Virus genome (UHGV): UHGV-0083175
Strand: one strand, 5' to 3'
DNA: 52,653 nucleotides
Source of the DNA: a virus
Shown: one piece after another, positions 1 to 9,136 of the stretch
Layout of the letters: every line of letters begins with the position of its first letter
Position numbering within the stretch: the first letter of the stretch is position 1
Program-made: the position numbers and the translations under genes
Notes under the pieces: model-generated
Database searches by the model: none
What the model was told of the DNA's origin: nothing
What the model saw: only the letters and a program-made list of their open reading frames with translations

Positions 1-49
1 TTTTGTTTACCTGCGGGTATTCTTTTGTTGTGTTTACTAAGGAGTAGTT

Positions 50-331
50 ATGGAAGAATTAAGAATATTTCTCAATTCTCTTTCGTCAGATGAACAGCGT
101 ATGTTTGCATGTGAGTGTGGTACTAGCATCGGTTATCTAAGAAAAGCATTGAGTAAAGGTCAAGTGTTAGGGGCATCGTTATGTGTCCTTATTGAGCGAG
201 CCAGTAATGGTGAAGTTACACGTCAGCAACTACGGCCTTTTGATTGGATGAACATTTGGCCTGAGCTGGAAGATACCCAAACGTTAACACAACCACTTTC
301 CAGGAGCTTGATTCATGAAAATCAAGCATGA
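50..331 (+). CDS. Cro/YdaS-family helix-turn-helix regulator
   Basis: 93-aa ORF; HTH-like segment GYLRKALSKGQVLGASLCVLIERASNGEVT resembles YdaS/Cro-type prophage regulators; first gene of the early rightward block. Confidence 0.55.
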   Translation: MEELRIFLNSLSSDEQRMFACECGTSIGYLRKALSKGQVLGASLCVLIERASNGEVTRQQLRPFDWMNIWPELEDTQTLTQPLSRSLIHENQA

Positions 332-752
332 ACATATCCGCATGGCAATGAATGCGTGGCTGCTTTATCCGAGGGTAGGGCGCAAAAAAATCGCTGATGA
401 TATAGCGACAGCATATTTTGAGCTTGAAATGACTTATCCACCAATGCATGACACCTCTACGACAGAGGGTATTGGATTGAACATACAAAATATTTTTCGC
501 TGGCTTGAAAAGGATACGCCTGATGCTGTTGAAAAAATTCAGGCACTAATTCCGGCTATCCTGACTGTTCTTCCGCGTGAACTGCGTTATCACCTCAGTA
601 TTTTTGACACTGTTGAGCGCCGTGCATTACTGGCGGCGCAGGAAGCGTTGAGCACGGCAATTGATGCACATGATGATGCAGTCCAGGCCGTTTACCGGAA
701 AGCGTATTTCAGCGACAGCGGGTCATCCGGCGAATCTGTTGTGGTGCATTGA
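315..752 (+). CDS. CII/YdaT-like prophage regulatory protein
   Basis: 145-aa ORF with AGGAG RBS; sits between Cro-like and replication genes as in Rac-type ydaS-ydaT-ydaU blocks. Confidence 0.4.
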   Translation: MKIKHEHIRMAMNAWLLYPRVGRKKIADDIATAYFELEMTYPPMHDTSTTEGIGLNIQNIFRWLEKDTPDAVEKIQALIPAILTVLPRELRYHLSIFDTVERRALLAAQEALSTAIDAHDDAVQAVYRKAYFSDSGSSGESVVVH

Positions 753-838
753 TATTTATGCCAGACCCCTGCTGATTCTGTTGATTGGGGAATCACAGAA
801 TATCACCAGAGGATGGTTCGTCACAAGATGAGGCAATT

Positions 839-1849
839 ATGGCCGCATTACCATACATGCAACTGTACATAGCTGATTACCTGGCTGACACCATGCATTT
901 GTCCGCAGAGGAGCACGGCGCGTATTTGTTGTTGATGTTCAATTACTGGCAAACAGGGAAACCAATACCTAAAAACAGGCTGGCAAAAATTTCCCGTCTG
1001 ACTAACGAGCGATGGGCTGATGTGGAACCATCCTTGCGGGAGTTTTTTTGCGATAACGGCGATGAATGGGTGCATCTTCGGATTGAGGAAGATCTGGCAT
1101 CAGTCAGGGAAAAATTAACCAAAAAATCAGCCGCCGGAAAAGCATCTGTTCAGGCCAGAAGAAGCAGAAAGGAAGCATATGTTCAAACAAAACAAGAGAG
1201 AGATTTAACAGGCGTTCAAACAAATGTTGGTGTTGTGTTTGAACATGACGCAAACACAAAAGCAACTAATAAAGATACAGATCTAAAAGAATTAAACCCC
1301 ACACATAACGTGCATGAACGCGAGAGTATTCCGACCAGTGAGTCGCATGGTGCGCCGTTGCAGACAGCCGAACCTGAATACCTGGACGGCCTGAGCGAAC
1401 CCATCGGGAAATTTTCGATGACTACTGTCTGGCAGCCGTCGCCGGATTTTCGACAACGGGCAGCAGTGTGGGGTATGGCTCTGCCTGAGCCGGAATTTAC
1501 ACCTGCTGAGCTTGCCGCATTCCGGGATTACTGGATGGCGGAGGGGAAGGTTTTCACGCAGGTTCAGTGGGAGCAGAAATTTGCCCGTCACGTGCAGCAC
1601 GTCAGGGCACAGGTAAAACCAGTCAGCAAGGGGGTAAGCCATGCAGCATCAGGTGGCACGGCATCACGGGCAGTTCAGGAAATCCGGGCAGCACGCGAAC
1701 AGTGGGAACGTGACAACGGATTTATCAGCAACGGAAACGGCCTGGAAGCTGTGGGAGCTTATGGGGGAGGTGTATTCGAACCGCTGGACTCAGAAGAACG
1801 GGGCCGCACCTTCGAAGCTCTGGATTGCCCAGATTGGTGCGATGACTGA
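839..1849 (+). CDS. replication initiation protein (DUF1376 N-domain, DnaT-like C-domain)
   Basis: ORF 785..1849; MAALPYMQLYIADYLADT motif typical of the DUF1376 N-terminus, so start placed at ATG 839; C-terminal FTPAELAAFRDYW resembles DnaT. Confidence 0.65.
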   Translation: MAALPYMQLYIADYLADTMHLSAEEHGAYLLLMFNYWQTGKPIPKNRLAKISRLTNERWADVEPSLREFFCDNGDEWVHLRIEEDLASVREKLTKKSAAGKASVQARRSRKEAYVQTKQERDLTGVQTNVGVVFEHDANTKATNKDTDLKELNPTHNVHERESIPTSESHGAPLQTAEPEYLDGLSEPIGKFSMTTVWQPSPDFRQRAAVWGMALPEPEFTPAELAAFRDYWMAEGKVFTQVQWEQKFARHVQHVRAQVKPVSKGVSHAASGGTASRAVQEIRAAREQWERDNGFISNGNGLEAVGAYGGGVFEPLDSEERGRTFEALDCPDWCDD

Positions 1850-2303
1850 ACAGCAAATCCGTCTGGTCTGCCGTCAGTGCATGGACCGCTGCCGGGCGGG
1901 TGAAACGTGGCCCCCGGACCTGGCTGAGTTTGTTGCGCTGATTTCGGAGAGTGGGGCAAATCCATTTGGTCTTACGGTGGATGCAGTGATGGAAGAGTAC
2001 CGGCGCTGGCGCAATGAATCCTGGCGATACGACGGGAGTGATAAATACCCGTGGCCACAGCCTGTGCTGTACCACATCTGCCTCGAAATGCGTACCAGAG
2101 GGATTGAGCGCCAGATGACGCAGGGTGAGTTAAAACGACTTGCGGAACGGCAACTGACGAAATGGGCAAAGCATGTTGGTAACGGGATGAGTGTTCCGCC
2201 AGTGCGACGACAACTGGAAGGGGCGAAACACCCGCAAGGGCCAACGCCAATTGAACGGCTGAAACAGGAATACGAACGCCGGAAGGCAGCTGGTTTTATT
2301 TGA
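1641..2303 (+). CDS. lambda P-like replication protein (helicase loader)
   Basis: 220 aa; C-terminal DKYPWPQPVLYHICLEMRTRG...GELKRLAERQL parallels lambda gpP; GGGGG RBS before ATG 1641; overlaps the upstream ORF by ~209 nt. Confidence 0.65.
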   Translation: MQHQVARHHGQFRKSGQHANSGNVTTDLSATETAWKLWELMGEVYSNRWTQKNGAAPSKLWIAQIGAMTEQQIRLVCRQCMDRCRAGETWPPDLAEFVALISESGANPFGLTVDAVMEEYRRWRNESWRYDGSDKYPWPQPVLYHICLEMRTRGIERQMTQGELKRLAERQLTKWAKHVGNGMSVPPVRRQLEGAKHPQGPTPIERLKQEYERRKAAGFI

Positions 2304-2336
2304 ATCTGAGAAACGATTTTGTCGGAGGAAATTTTA

Positions 2337-3053
2337 ATGGAAACCGTATTTGACGCACTGAAAGCACTGAAAAGAGCCTCTTCACAGGTAGTGGCGGCCC
2401 GCCTTGGAATCAGCCGTGAAGATGCGGTCAACGAACTGTGGAAACTGAAGCGCCGCGGTGAAGCGGATAACAAGGGTTCGATGTGGTGGCTGATTCAGGC
2501 TGGTGAAAGTGAACCGGTGTCACCGGTACCGAAAGTGACAGCGCAAATGCTGATTAAGGCGATTGAACAACATGGCCCACAAACGGCAGATGAGCTGGCA
2601 CTGATGTTCGGGATTACCTCCCGCCGGGCGAATTCATCGCTGGCCATGGCAATCAGCAAAGGGCGTCTGATTCGCGTGAATCAGGGCGGTAAATTTCGTT
2701 ACTGCATACCGGGCGCTGATTTACCGGCAGAGCCGGAAGCTGCATCCGTAGCGGAAACAGATGGTAAAGCCTTTCCTCAGCCAGCAGGTGTTGCGTTACC
2801 AGTCCGGGAAACGACGACACAGGAAGAAATGAAAACAGAAATCGTGGAAGACATTGTGAAGTTACAGCCATCGGTCACCGAAACGAAAGCAGATGACCTG
2901 ATTCTACCATCGCTGCATGTGGCTAACCGCGAGCTGCGCCGGGCAAAAGGTCAGGTTCAGAAGTGGGAGCGTGTCTGCGCCGCGCTGCGGGAACTGAACA
3001 AACACAGGGATATTCTCCGGGATATTACCGCCACCAGAGAGCTGCTGCGGTGA
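2337..3053 (+). CDS. hypothetical phage protein
   Basis: ORF 2319..3053; ATG 2337 has a GGAGGA RBS; no recognised catalytic motif. Confidence 0.45.
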   Translation: METVFDALKALKRASSQVVAARLGISREDAVNELWKLKRRGEADNKGSMWWLIQAGESEPVSPVPKVTAQMLIKAIEQHGPQTADELALMFGITSRRANSSLAMAISKGRLIRVNQGGKFRYCIPGADLPAEPEAASVAETDGKAFPQPAGVALPVRETTTQEEMKTEIVEDIVKLQPSVTETKADDLILPSLHVANRELRRAKGQVQKWERVCAALRELNKHRDILRDITATRELLR

Positions 3054-3367
3054 GTGGCTGGAAGAAGTGGCGCTGGGCGGAAATTATGATACTCCGGCAG
3101 TGTGCGGGAACGATGACAGTCGAAAGCATCGGCAGTCTGATTGGCCGTAGTGGGGCTGCCGTCAGGACGAAAGCGCGGGAACTGGGTATCTGCATGATGT
3201 TACGGGGTGATTATCACCAGTCAGCCAAATGTTCACAGCGTGATATTGAGCTGGCGCGGCAACTGCATCAGCGTGGCGTACCCCGACGGGAAATTGCCGA
3301 AAAGTTTGGGATGAAGTTGGGCGCAGTGAATAACTACGTTTATTTCGACAGGAGGGTTCAGGCGTGA
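3050..3367 (+). CDS. putative HTH DNA-binding protein
   Basis: ORF in frame from GTG 3050 (alternative ATG 3086); C-terminal [21 protein letters not shown] resembles sigma-70 region 4 / LuxR-type HTH. Confidence 0.4.
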   Translation: MSGWKKWRWAEIMILRQCAGTMTVESIGSLIGRSGAAVRTKARELGICMMLRGDYHQSAKCSQRDIELARQLHQRGVPRREIAEKFGMKLGAVNNYVYFDRRVQA

Positions 3368-3705
3368 GGGTGAGAATTTATATCGCCGGTCCGATGACGG
3401 GATATGAAAATTTCAACCGTGAGGCGTTTCACAAGGCGGAAGAAGCACTGAAACAGGAAGGGCATACCGTATTAAATCCCGCAGTACTTCCGGACGGGCT
3501 GACTCAGCCACATTACATGGATATTTGCATGGCAATGATTCGTTGTGTGGATGCGGTTTATATGCTGAAAGGCTGGCAGCGGTCGGCAGGCGCTAAGGCA
3601 GAGCTGCACTGGCGGAGAAACTGGGGCATGCAGTTATTTTCCAGGAGGCAACCAGTGAGCGAAATTAATTACCAGGAACTACGGCAGGTGAAAGAGAAAG
3701 CATAA
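3364..3705 (+). CDS. DUF4406-family protein (nucleoside deoxyribosyltransferase-like fold)
   Basis: GTG start overlapping the upstream stop; N-terminal RIYIAGPMTGYENFNREAFHKAEE is characteristic of the phage DUF4406 family. Confidence 0.55.
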   Translation: MRVRIYIAGPMTGYENFNREAFHKAEEALKQEGHTVLNPAVLPDGLTQPHYMDICMAMIRCVDAVYMLKGWQRSAGAKAELHWRRNWGMQLFSRRQPVSEINYQELRQVKEKA

Positions 3706-3815
3706 TCCAGAACTGAATAATTAAAATCAGCACTGTAAATAAAATTTAATCCTTAACCGGAGGGATTCCTGCACCCTCAGAACATCAGGAGACCGCCCGG
3801 CAGGGCGGTAGTGAA

Positions 3816-3998
3816 ATGCGAAAGTTCAAAATAATTATTGAAACGGGAATCGCCGGTGGAGATTCCGAGGATGAATTCGAAGTGAATGATGATGCGACGC
3901 CTGATGAAATTCATAACGAAGCAAAAGAAATTTTCTTTAACTACTGCAATTACTCATATCACGAAATAAAAGACGAAGAGGAAGAACAAAATGGCTGA
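3816..3998 (+). CDS. hypothetical small acidic protein
   Basis: 60-aa ORF with GGCGGTAG-type RBS; highly acidic C-terminus. Confidence 0.35.
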   Translation: MRKFKIIIETGIAGGDSEDEFEVNDDATPDEIHNEAKEIFFNYCNYSYHEIKDEEEEQNG

Positions 3999-4167
3999 TT
4001 TTGGTTCAACTAAATACAACGTCAGTTTTGAAGAATGGCATGAACTGTTAATGGACTATGCAGAGTTACGTGGTGGAAGTGCCGCCGATGCTGAAGCATG
4101 GCGTGATGACTATGAAGCAGGAAAAACTCCGGTCGAAGCATATTGTGATGAGTGGGGCTATGAATGA
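3991..4167 (+). CDS. hypothetical small protein
   Basis: 58-codon ORF (MADFGSTKYNVSFEEWHELL...) not in the supplied track; ATGA overlaps with both neighbours suggest translational coupling. Confidence 0.35.
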   Translation: MADFGSTKYNVSFEEWHELLMDYAELRGGSAADAEAWRDDYEAGKTPVEAYCDEWGYE

Positions 4168-4679
4168 GCGAGATTAATTATCAGGAAGGGCATGAAACGG
4201 CAGGGCAGGCAAAACCAGTGGCATGGCGATATCGCTACGTGAAGAAAGACGTTACAGACTTTCAGGGGAAGCTGTGGGTTGGTGACTGGAAATATGTACC
4301 GACAAAAGAGGATTGCAACGACAGACCGAACTATGAAATTCAGGCCTTATTCATCGGCCCGCCAGTCCCGGTGACATCAGAAGGACTGGTTAAAGCTGTG
4401 CGCTTTTATGAACAGGTAAAGCGTGAGAATCCGCCAGTCGAAACAGGAGCATGGAAGGATGCTGTTGACTGGGTGCTCAGAGAGGCCTGCTGTGCTGCCA
4501 TTCTGGGTAAAGCCGACAATCCACCAGCATCCGGCAATCAGGTTAGCGAATTAGCAATGTGGGTTAAACGGCTGGTCAGCCAACTGAAAAAAGCGAAGCC
4601 GGACTGCAAATTACCGGATAAGGCGATGGACTACCTGAAGCGAAACGGACTGATAAACGAGGAGAATATTTTACGATGA
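4164..4679 (+). CDS. hypothetical phage protein
   Basis: 171-aa ORF, ATG overlapping the upstream stop; N-terminus MSEINYQE repeats the C-terminal motif of the DUF4406 gene. Confidence 0.45.
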   Translation: MSEINYQEGHETAGQAKPVAWRYRYVKKDVTDFQGKLWVGDWKYVPTKEDCNDRPNYEIQALFIGPPVPVTSEGLVKAVRFYEQVKRENPPVETGAWKDAVDWVLREACCAAILGKADNPPASGNQVSELAMWVKRLVSQLKKAKPDCKLPDKAMDYLKRNGLINEENILR

Positions 4680-4969
4680 CCTGGCCTGAAGCGTTCATAA
4701 CGGTAGGAATTGCAATGGCGGTGGCGCTGGTGGTGTATTCGATTTGCCGCTGGGGATAAAAACGGTTTGCGGGGAAAGAAGAGTTAAGTAGAATTGCTGC
4801 GGGTGCTTGAGGCTGTCTGCCTCGGGCATGCCGACGTAAGGCAGACAGAGAAAAGCCCCAGTTAACATTATGCGTCTTGCAGGACGCTTAACATTAATCT
4901 GAGGCCATATCTATGACTTGCACACTTAGATTAGCCTCTTATGCGCCGAAAGGCAAGGAGCAGCAGGCT

Positions 4970-5125
4970 ATGAAGCAGCAAAAGGCGATGCTAATCGCCC
5001 TGATCGTCATCTGTATTACCGTCGTTGTAACGGTACTGGTAACGAGGAAAGACCTCTGCGAGGTACGAATCCGAACCGGCCAGACGGAGGTCGCTGTCTT
5101 CACAGCTTACGAATCTGAGAAGTAA
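4970..5125 (+). CDS. hok: Hok/Gef-family membrane toxin (type I toxin)
   Basis: MKQQKAMLIALIVICITVVVTVLVTRKDLCEVRIRTGQTEVAVFTAYESEK is near-identical to HokD/RelF; internal Met of ORF 4913..5125. Confidence 0.85.
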   Translation: MKQQKAMLIALIVICITVVVTVLVTRKDLCEVRIRTGQTEVAVFTAYESEK

Positions 5126-5193
5126 GAGACCCGGCGAGGGAGAAATCCCTCGCCACCTCTGATGTGTCAGGCATCCTCAACGCACCCGCACTT

Positions 5194-5220
5194 AACCCGC
5201 TTCTGCGGGTTTTGTTTTTT
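5194..5220 (+). terminator. rho-independent terminator after hok
   Basis: AACCCGC-ttct-GCGGGTT stem-loop followed by TTGTTTTTT. Confidence 0.6.
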
Positions 5221-5273
5221 CCTGGCATTCTGGTTTACAATTCGCACGCCGGCCTGAACAACTGGCACCTGCT

Positions 5274-5564
5274 GTGTCACCGGAGAACCCGATGGCGCAA
5301 CGTATAAAATCCCACAATTCTGAAGCCGTCCCGGCCATTAAGCGGGGGCGGCATTCGCACGTATTTAAAACCGACTGGTACCAGCATCCCCCATGCACTG
5401 AAGAACAGGCCGAATGGCTGATTCAGTGTTACCGCAGGCGCGGATACGAGGTTAAGAAAGCCATCAGCCTCGATTATCGTCACTGGATAATCTCTGTCAG
5501 GCTCCCTTATTCCGAACATCCACCGCGTCCGTCCCGCACATTCCAGCAACGTATCTGGAGGTAA
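5274..5564 (+). CDS. hypothetical protein
   Basis: 96-aa ORF between hok and the DUF968 gene; start uncertain (ATG 5274 or 5292). Confidence 0.35.
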   Translation: MSPENPMAQRIKSHNSEAVPAIKRGRHSHVFKTDWYQHPPCTEEQAEWLIQCYRRRGYEVKKAISLDYRHWIISVRLPYSEHPPRPSRTFQQRIWR

Positions 5565-5565
5565 C

Positions 5566-6615
5566 GTGCGGGTATTACTTCGACCTGTTCTGGTGCCGGA
5601 ACTTGGCCTGGTGGTCCTTAAGCCTGGACGCGAATCACGGCCTGTTTTTCATTGCGGCAGGGTGCTGGTGGAGCCGGAACCGAAAAACATGCGCGGTCTG
5701 CCGTCCGGAGTCGTTCCTGCCGTTCGCCAGCCGCTGGCAGAGGATAAAACATTACTGCCATTTTTCAGCGATGAGCGGGTTATTCGTGCAGCAGGTGGTG
5801 CAGGTGCACTGTCTGACTGGTTATTACGTCACGTGAAATCCTGCCAGTGGCCACACGGCGATTATCATCACAGCGAAACCGTCATTCACCGTTATGGTAC
5901 CGGCGCGATGGTGTTGTGCTGGCACTGTGACAACCAGCTGCGCGACCAGACATCAGAATCACTCGATCAACTTGCTCAGCAGAATCTGGTTGCCTGGATG
6001 ATTGACGTCATCCGTCACGCAATAAGCGGTACGCAGGAGAGGGAGTTATCGCTGGCCGAATTATCCTGGTGGGCGGCCTGCAATCAGGTGGTGGATGCAC
6101 TACCTGAGGCAGTAGCGCGTTGTTCGCTGGGATTACCAGCGGAAAAAATCCGCTCCGTATACCGTGAGAGTGACATCGTACCGGGAGAACAGACAGCCAT
6201 CAGCATACTGAAGCAGCGCACAAAAAATATTGCGCTGCCACTTCACGTCCACCAGCAACAAAATCCACCACAGAAAAAAACGGTTGTCAGTATCGCCGTT
6301 GATCCGGAGTCTCCTGAATCGTTCATGAGGCGGCCTAAACGTCGCCGTTGGGTTAATGAGAAATACACGCGCTGGGTAAAGACACAGCCGTGTGCGTGTT
6401 GTGGTAAGCCAGCTGACGATCCGCATCACCTGATTGGTCATGGTCAGGGGGGAATGGGAACAAAGGCCCACGATATTTTCACGCTACCGTTGTGCCGGGA
6501 GCACCACAACGAACTTCATGCAGACCCGCAGGAGTTTGAGAAAAAGTACGGCTCTCAGATTGAGTTAATTTTTCGTTTTCTTGATCACGCCTTTGCGACT
6601 GGCGTGCTCGGGTAA
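5566..6615 (+). CDS. DUF968-family protein (YdfU-like, Cys/His-rich C-terminal domain)
   Basis: 349 aa, GTG start after GGAGGT; C-terminus CACCGKP...DPHHLIGHGQ...CREHHNELH; position upstream of rusA matches Qin-type nin regions. Confidence 0.65.
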   Translation: MRVLLRPVLVPELGLVVLKPGRESRPVFHCGRVLVEPEPKNMRGLPSGVVPAVRQPLAEDKTLLPFFSDERVIRAAGGAGALSDWLLRHVKSCQWPHGDYHHSETVIHRYGTGAMVLCWHCDNQLRDQTSESLDQLAQQNLVAWMIDVIRHAISGTQERELSLAELSWWAACNQVVDALPEAVARCSLGLPAEKIRSVYRESDIVPGEQTAISILKQRTKNIALPLHVHQQQNPPQKKTVVSIAVDPESPESFMRRPKRRRWVNEKYTRWVKTQPCACCGKPADDPHHLIGHGQGGMGTKAHDIFTLPLCREHHNELHADPQEFEKKYGSQIELIFRFLDHAFATGVLG

Positions 6616-6627
6616 AAGAGGTGACTG

Positions 6628-6990
6628 ATGCTCATAGATTTGGTTTTACCTTACCCGCCGACGGTGAACACTTACTGGCGACGCCGTGGCAGCACATATT
6701 TTGTATCAAAAGCCGGGGAGCGTTATCGCCGGGCAGTGGCGCTTATTGTTCGCCAGCAGCGGCTGAAATTAAGACTGTCCGGACGGCTGGCAATAAAAAT
6801 TATTGCAGAGCCACCGGATAAGCGTCGTCGTGACCTGGACAATTTTCTGAAAGCGCCGCTGGATGCGCTGACGCATGCAGGAATGTTAATGGACGATGAG
6901 CAGTTTGATGAAATCAATATTGTACGTGGCAAGCCAGTATCTGGTGGACGGCTGGAGATAAGAATTACAGAGGTGGGTGTGCATGAATAA
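6628..6990 (+). CDS. rusA: Holliday junction resolvase RusA
   Basis: 120 aa; RRRDLDNFLKAPLDALTHAGMLMDDEQ and GGRLEIRITE align with E. coli RusA. Confidence 0.9.
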   Translation: MLIDLVLPYPPTVNTYWRRRGSTYFVSKAGERYRRAVALIVRQQRLKLRLSGRLAIKIIAEPPDKRRRDLDNFLKAPLDALTHAGMLMDDEQFDEINIVRGKPVSGGRLEIRITEVGVHE

Positions 6991-7648
6991 CCAGTATTTA
7001 CAGTTTGTTCGTGAGCAACTCATGATTGCCACTGCGGATCTTAGTGGGTCGACAAAAGGCCAGCTGGAAGTCTGGCAGGAAAATGCCCTGTTCGATACAG
7101 GGCGTTACAGACGCAAAAAAATTCGTTACCGCGATGAGGTAACCGGAAAAATGATCACGCGGGATAATCCCCCGATCCCGGGTAAACAATCACTGGCGAA
7201 AGGCTCATCAATTGCCCTGGTCAGTCCGGTTGAGTTTTCGACATCATCATGGCGACGCGCCGTTCTGTCTCTTGAAGAACATCATAAAGCCTGGCTGCTG
7301 TGGTGTTACAGCGGTAGCATTTGCTGGGAGCATCAGATCGCGATAACGCAGTGGGCGTGGACTGAATTTAATGCTCAATCCGGTACCAGAAAAATTGCAG
7401 GAAAAACTCTGGTGCGCCTGAAGACGTTGATCTGGTTGGCGGCGCAGGCGGTAAAAGCTGAGCTTTTTGGTGGGGAAGGTTACGAATACCAGGAACTGGC
7501 GTTACTGGTGGGAGTAACAACCAAAAACTGGTCCAAGACATTTACTGGTCACTGGGTTGCAATGAAACACATTTTTCATCGGCTGGATAGTGAAGCTTTA
7601 TTGTTGGTGGAGGGAACTCGTTCAAAACAAAAGGCGGCATTTTCATAG
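6983..7648 (+). CDS. late-gene antiterminator Q-like protein
   Basis: ATG 6983 overlaps the rusA stop (ATGAATAA); ~220 aa; immediately upstream of a strong promoter and terminator, as expected for Q / PR' / tR'. Confidence 0.55.
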   Translation: MNNQYLQFVREQLMIATADLSGSTKGQLEVWQENALFDTGRYRRKKIRYRDEVTGKMITRDNPPIPGKQSLAKGSSIALVSPVEFSTSSWRRAVLSLEEHHKAWLLWCYSGSICWEHQIAITQWAWTEFNAQSGTRKIAGKTLVRLKTLIWLAAQAVKAELFGGEGYEYQELALLVGVTTKNWSKTFTGHWVAMKHIFHRLDSEALLLVEGTRSKQKAAFS

Positions 7649-7655
7649 CAAAGTA

Positions 7656-7684
7656 TTGCAAAAGTAGACAAAAAGGCATATATT
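7656..7684 (+). promoter_or_regulatory. candidate late promoter (PR'-like) sigma-70 promoter
   Basis: TTGCAA (7656-7661), 17-nt spacer, TATATT (7679-7684), directly downstream of the Q-like gene. Confidence 0.5.
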
Positions 7685-7735
7685 TCGTGTAAATCTGATA
7701 TTTTGCCGTTATTATACGTGATGGCAAAGCCACTA

Positions 7736-7760
7736 AAACCCGTGACCGAGCGGGTTTTTT
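7736..7760 (+). terminator. candidate tR'-like terminator
   Basis: AAACCCG-tgaccgag-CGGGTTT followed by a T-run, ~50 nt downstream of the candidate late promoter. Confidence 0.5.
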
Positions 7761-7901
7761 ACCCCCCAAAAAATGGCATAGACATTAAACGTGATGACGA
7801 TTGTGCCAATACTTTCTCCATCAATGACGCCCCTTGACTGCATGGAATCCAATTTGTTATGTAATGTGTGTTGATATTTTTGAGTTGTTAATGGTGTTAC
7901 T

Positions 7902-8615
7902 ATGGATGACAGTGCTCTGCTCAGAAACTCTTCACTTTTTGTCGCTTATATGGGCTGTCTCGGATGGGGGAGCGCTTATTTCTATGGATGGGGTACTTCA
8001 TTTTACTATGGCTTTCCATGGTGGGTTGTCGGGGCTGGTGTCGATGATGTAGCACGAAGTTTGTTTTATGCTGTGACAGTTATTGTTATATTCCTTATTG
8101 GATGGGGAGTTGGTATTGTTTTCTTTTTGGGCATAAAACAAAAGCGCAATATACAAAATTTGAGTTTTATCCGGCTTTTTCTCGCGATATTGCTGCTTTT
8201 TATTCCACCTGTTCTGGAGTTTTCTGTAATTCATCAGCATGTTGAGCCAGATGTACTGATTTTCTGCGTTCTTGCTGCCTTTGCAATCACGCTTTTTGTC
8301 AGGTCTGGAAGAAGACTTGTTTCAGTCAAATGTTTTTCGGAAATGTCTGTTATTCGCCATCACCGAATTGAGTTCATGATGGCTGGGTTTATGATTTATT
8401 TCTGGGCATTCTCTCTTATTGCCGGTTGGTACAAACCACAGTTTAAGAGGGAATATCAGGCGGTCCACTATGAGAATGTATGGTATTACATTATTGCGCG
8501 CTATGATGATCGTCTGGTGTTATCGAAATCATACAGGAGTGGGGGTAAGAAATTCGTTATATTTAATAGCGGAAATATTAATGATTTTGAAATTAATACT
8601 GTCAGAGTACGTTAA
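7902..8615 (+). CDS. AT-rich multi-pass membrane protein (moron)
   Basis: 237 aa with several hydrophobic Trp/Phe/Gly-rich segments; markedly AT-rich relative to flanking phage genes. Confidence 0.5.
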   Translation: MDDSALLRNSSLFVAYMGCLGWGSAYFYGWGTSFYYGFPWWVVGAGVDDVARSLFYAVTVIVIFLIGWGVGIVFFLGIKQKRNIQNLSFIRLFLAILLLFIPPVLEFSVIHQHVEPDVLIFCVLAAFAITLFVRSGRRLVSVKCFSEMSVIRHHRIEFMMAGFMIYFWAFSLIAGWYKPQFKREYQAVHYENVWYYIIARYDDRLVLSKSYRSGGKKFVIFNSGNINDFEINTVRVR

Positions 8616-8788
8616 AATTTCCTGAGTAATAAAGATTTTACTGCCCGGCATTGAGCGGTTTTTTTATGCCAGAAAAATGGTGCAGTACATAAAATGTGCA
8701 GGTGGTTATTAATACCGGTCTTTCAGCTTGCTGGCTTTTTTGACAAGAGTTACTGGTGTGTCACGTTAACCGGAAAAGGGAAAAAGAC

Positions 8789-8986
8789 ATGCTGAAACAG
8801 CAGGATATGACAGAAACCGCCAGAGTGGTGTTTAATGAATTAAGCGTCACCGAACCGGCGACAGTCGGGGAGATTGCACAGAATACGTACCTTTCACGCG
8901 AACGCTGTCAGTTAATACTGACCCAGCTTGTTATGGCGGGTCTGGCAGATTATCAGTTCGGTTGTTACAGACGCCTTCAGTCCTGA
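8789..8986 (+). CDS. small winged-helix regulator (FaeA/PapI-like)
   Basis: ORF 8756..8986, start taken at internal MLKQQ; TVGEIAQNTYLSRERCQLILTQLVMAGL resembles FaeA-like HTH proteins. Confidence 0.35.
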   Translation: MLKQQDMTETARVVFNELSVTEPATVGEIAQNTYLSRERCQLILTQLVMAGLADYQFGCYRRLQS

Positions 8987-8997
8987 AGGCTTTTTTA
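8973..8997 (+). terminator. rho-independent terminator
   Basis: GCCTTCAG-tcc-TGAAGGC stem followed by TTTTTT. Confidence 0.55.
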
Positions 8998-9136
8998 TTT
9001 GTGGTAAATGGGCGGCTGGTGGGTGTTAGGGGCACTCACCAGCCATCTGCTCATGCGTTGGGGTCACAAGCAAACCTCAGGCCCACTGCTTTGCGCAAAA
9101 GCAGAATGAGCCTATCAGAGACAGGCTTAATGATCC

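Noticed and set aside
4676-4759. 27-codon hydrophobic ORF (MTWPEAFITVGIAMAVALVVYSICRWG) overlapping the stop of the upstream gene
   Set aside because: Too short to call with confidence and lacks a clear RBS; noted only as a possible small membrane peptide.
7834-8052. 72-aa ORF overlapping the start of the membrane-protein gene
   Set aside because: A shorter out-of-frame ORF; the 237-aa frame beginning at ATG 7902 is the more plausible gene.
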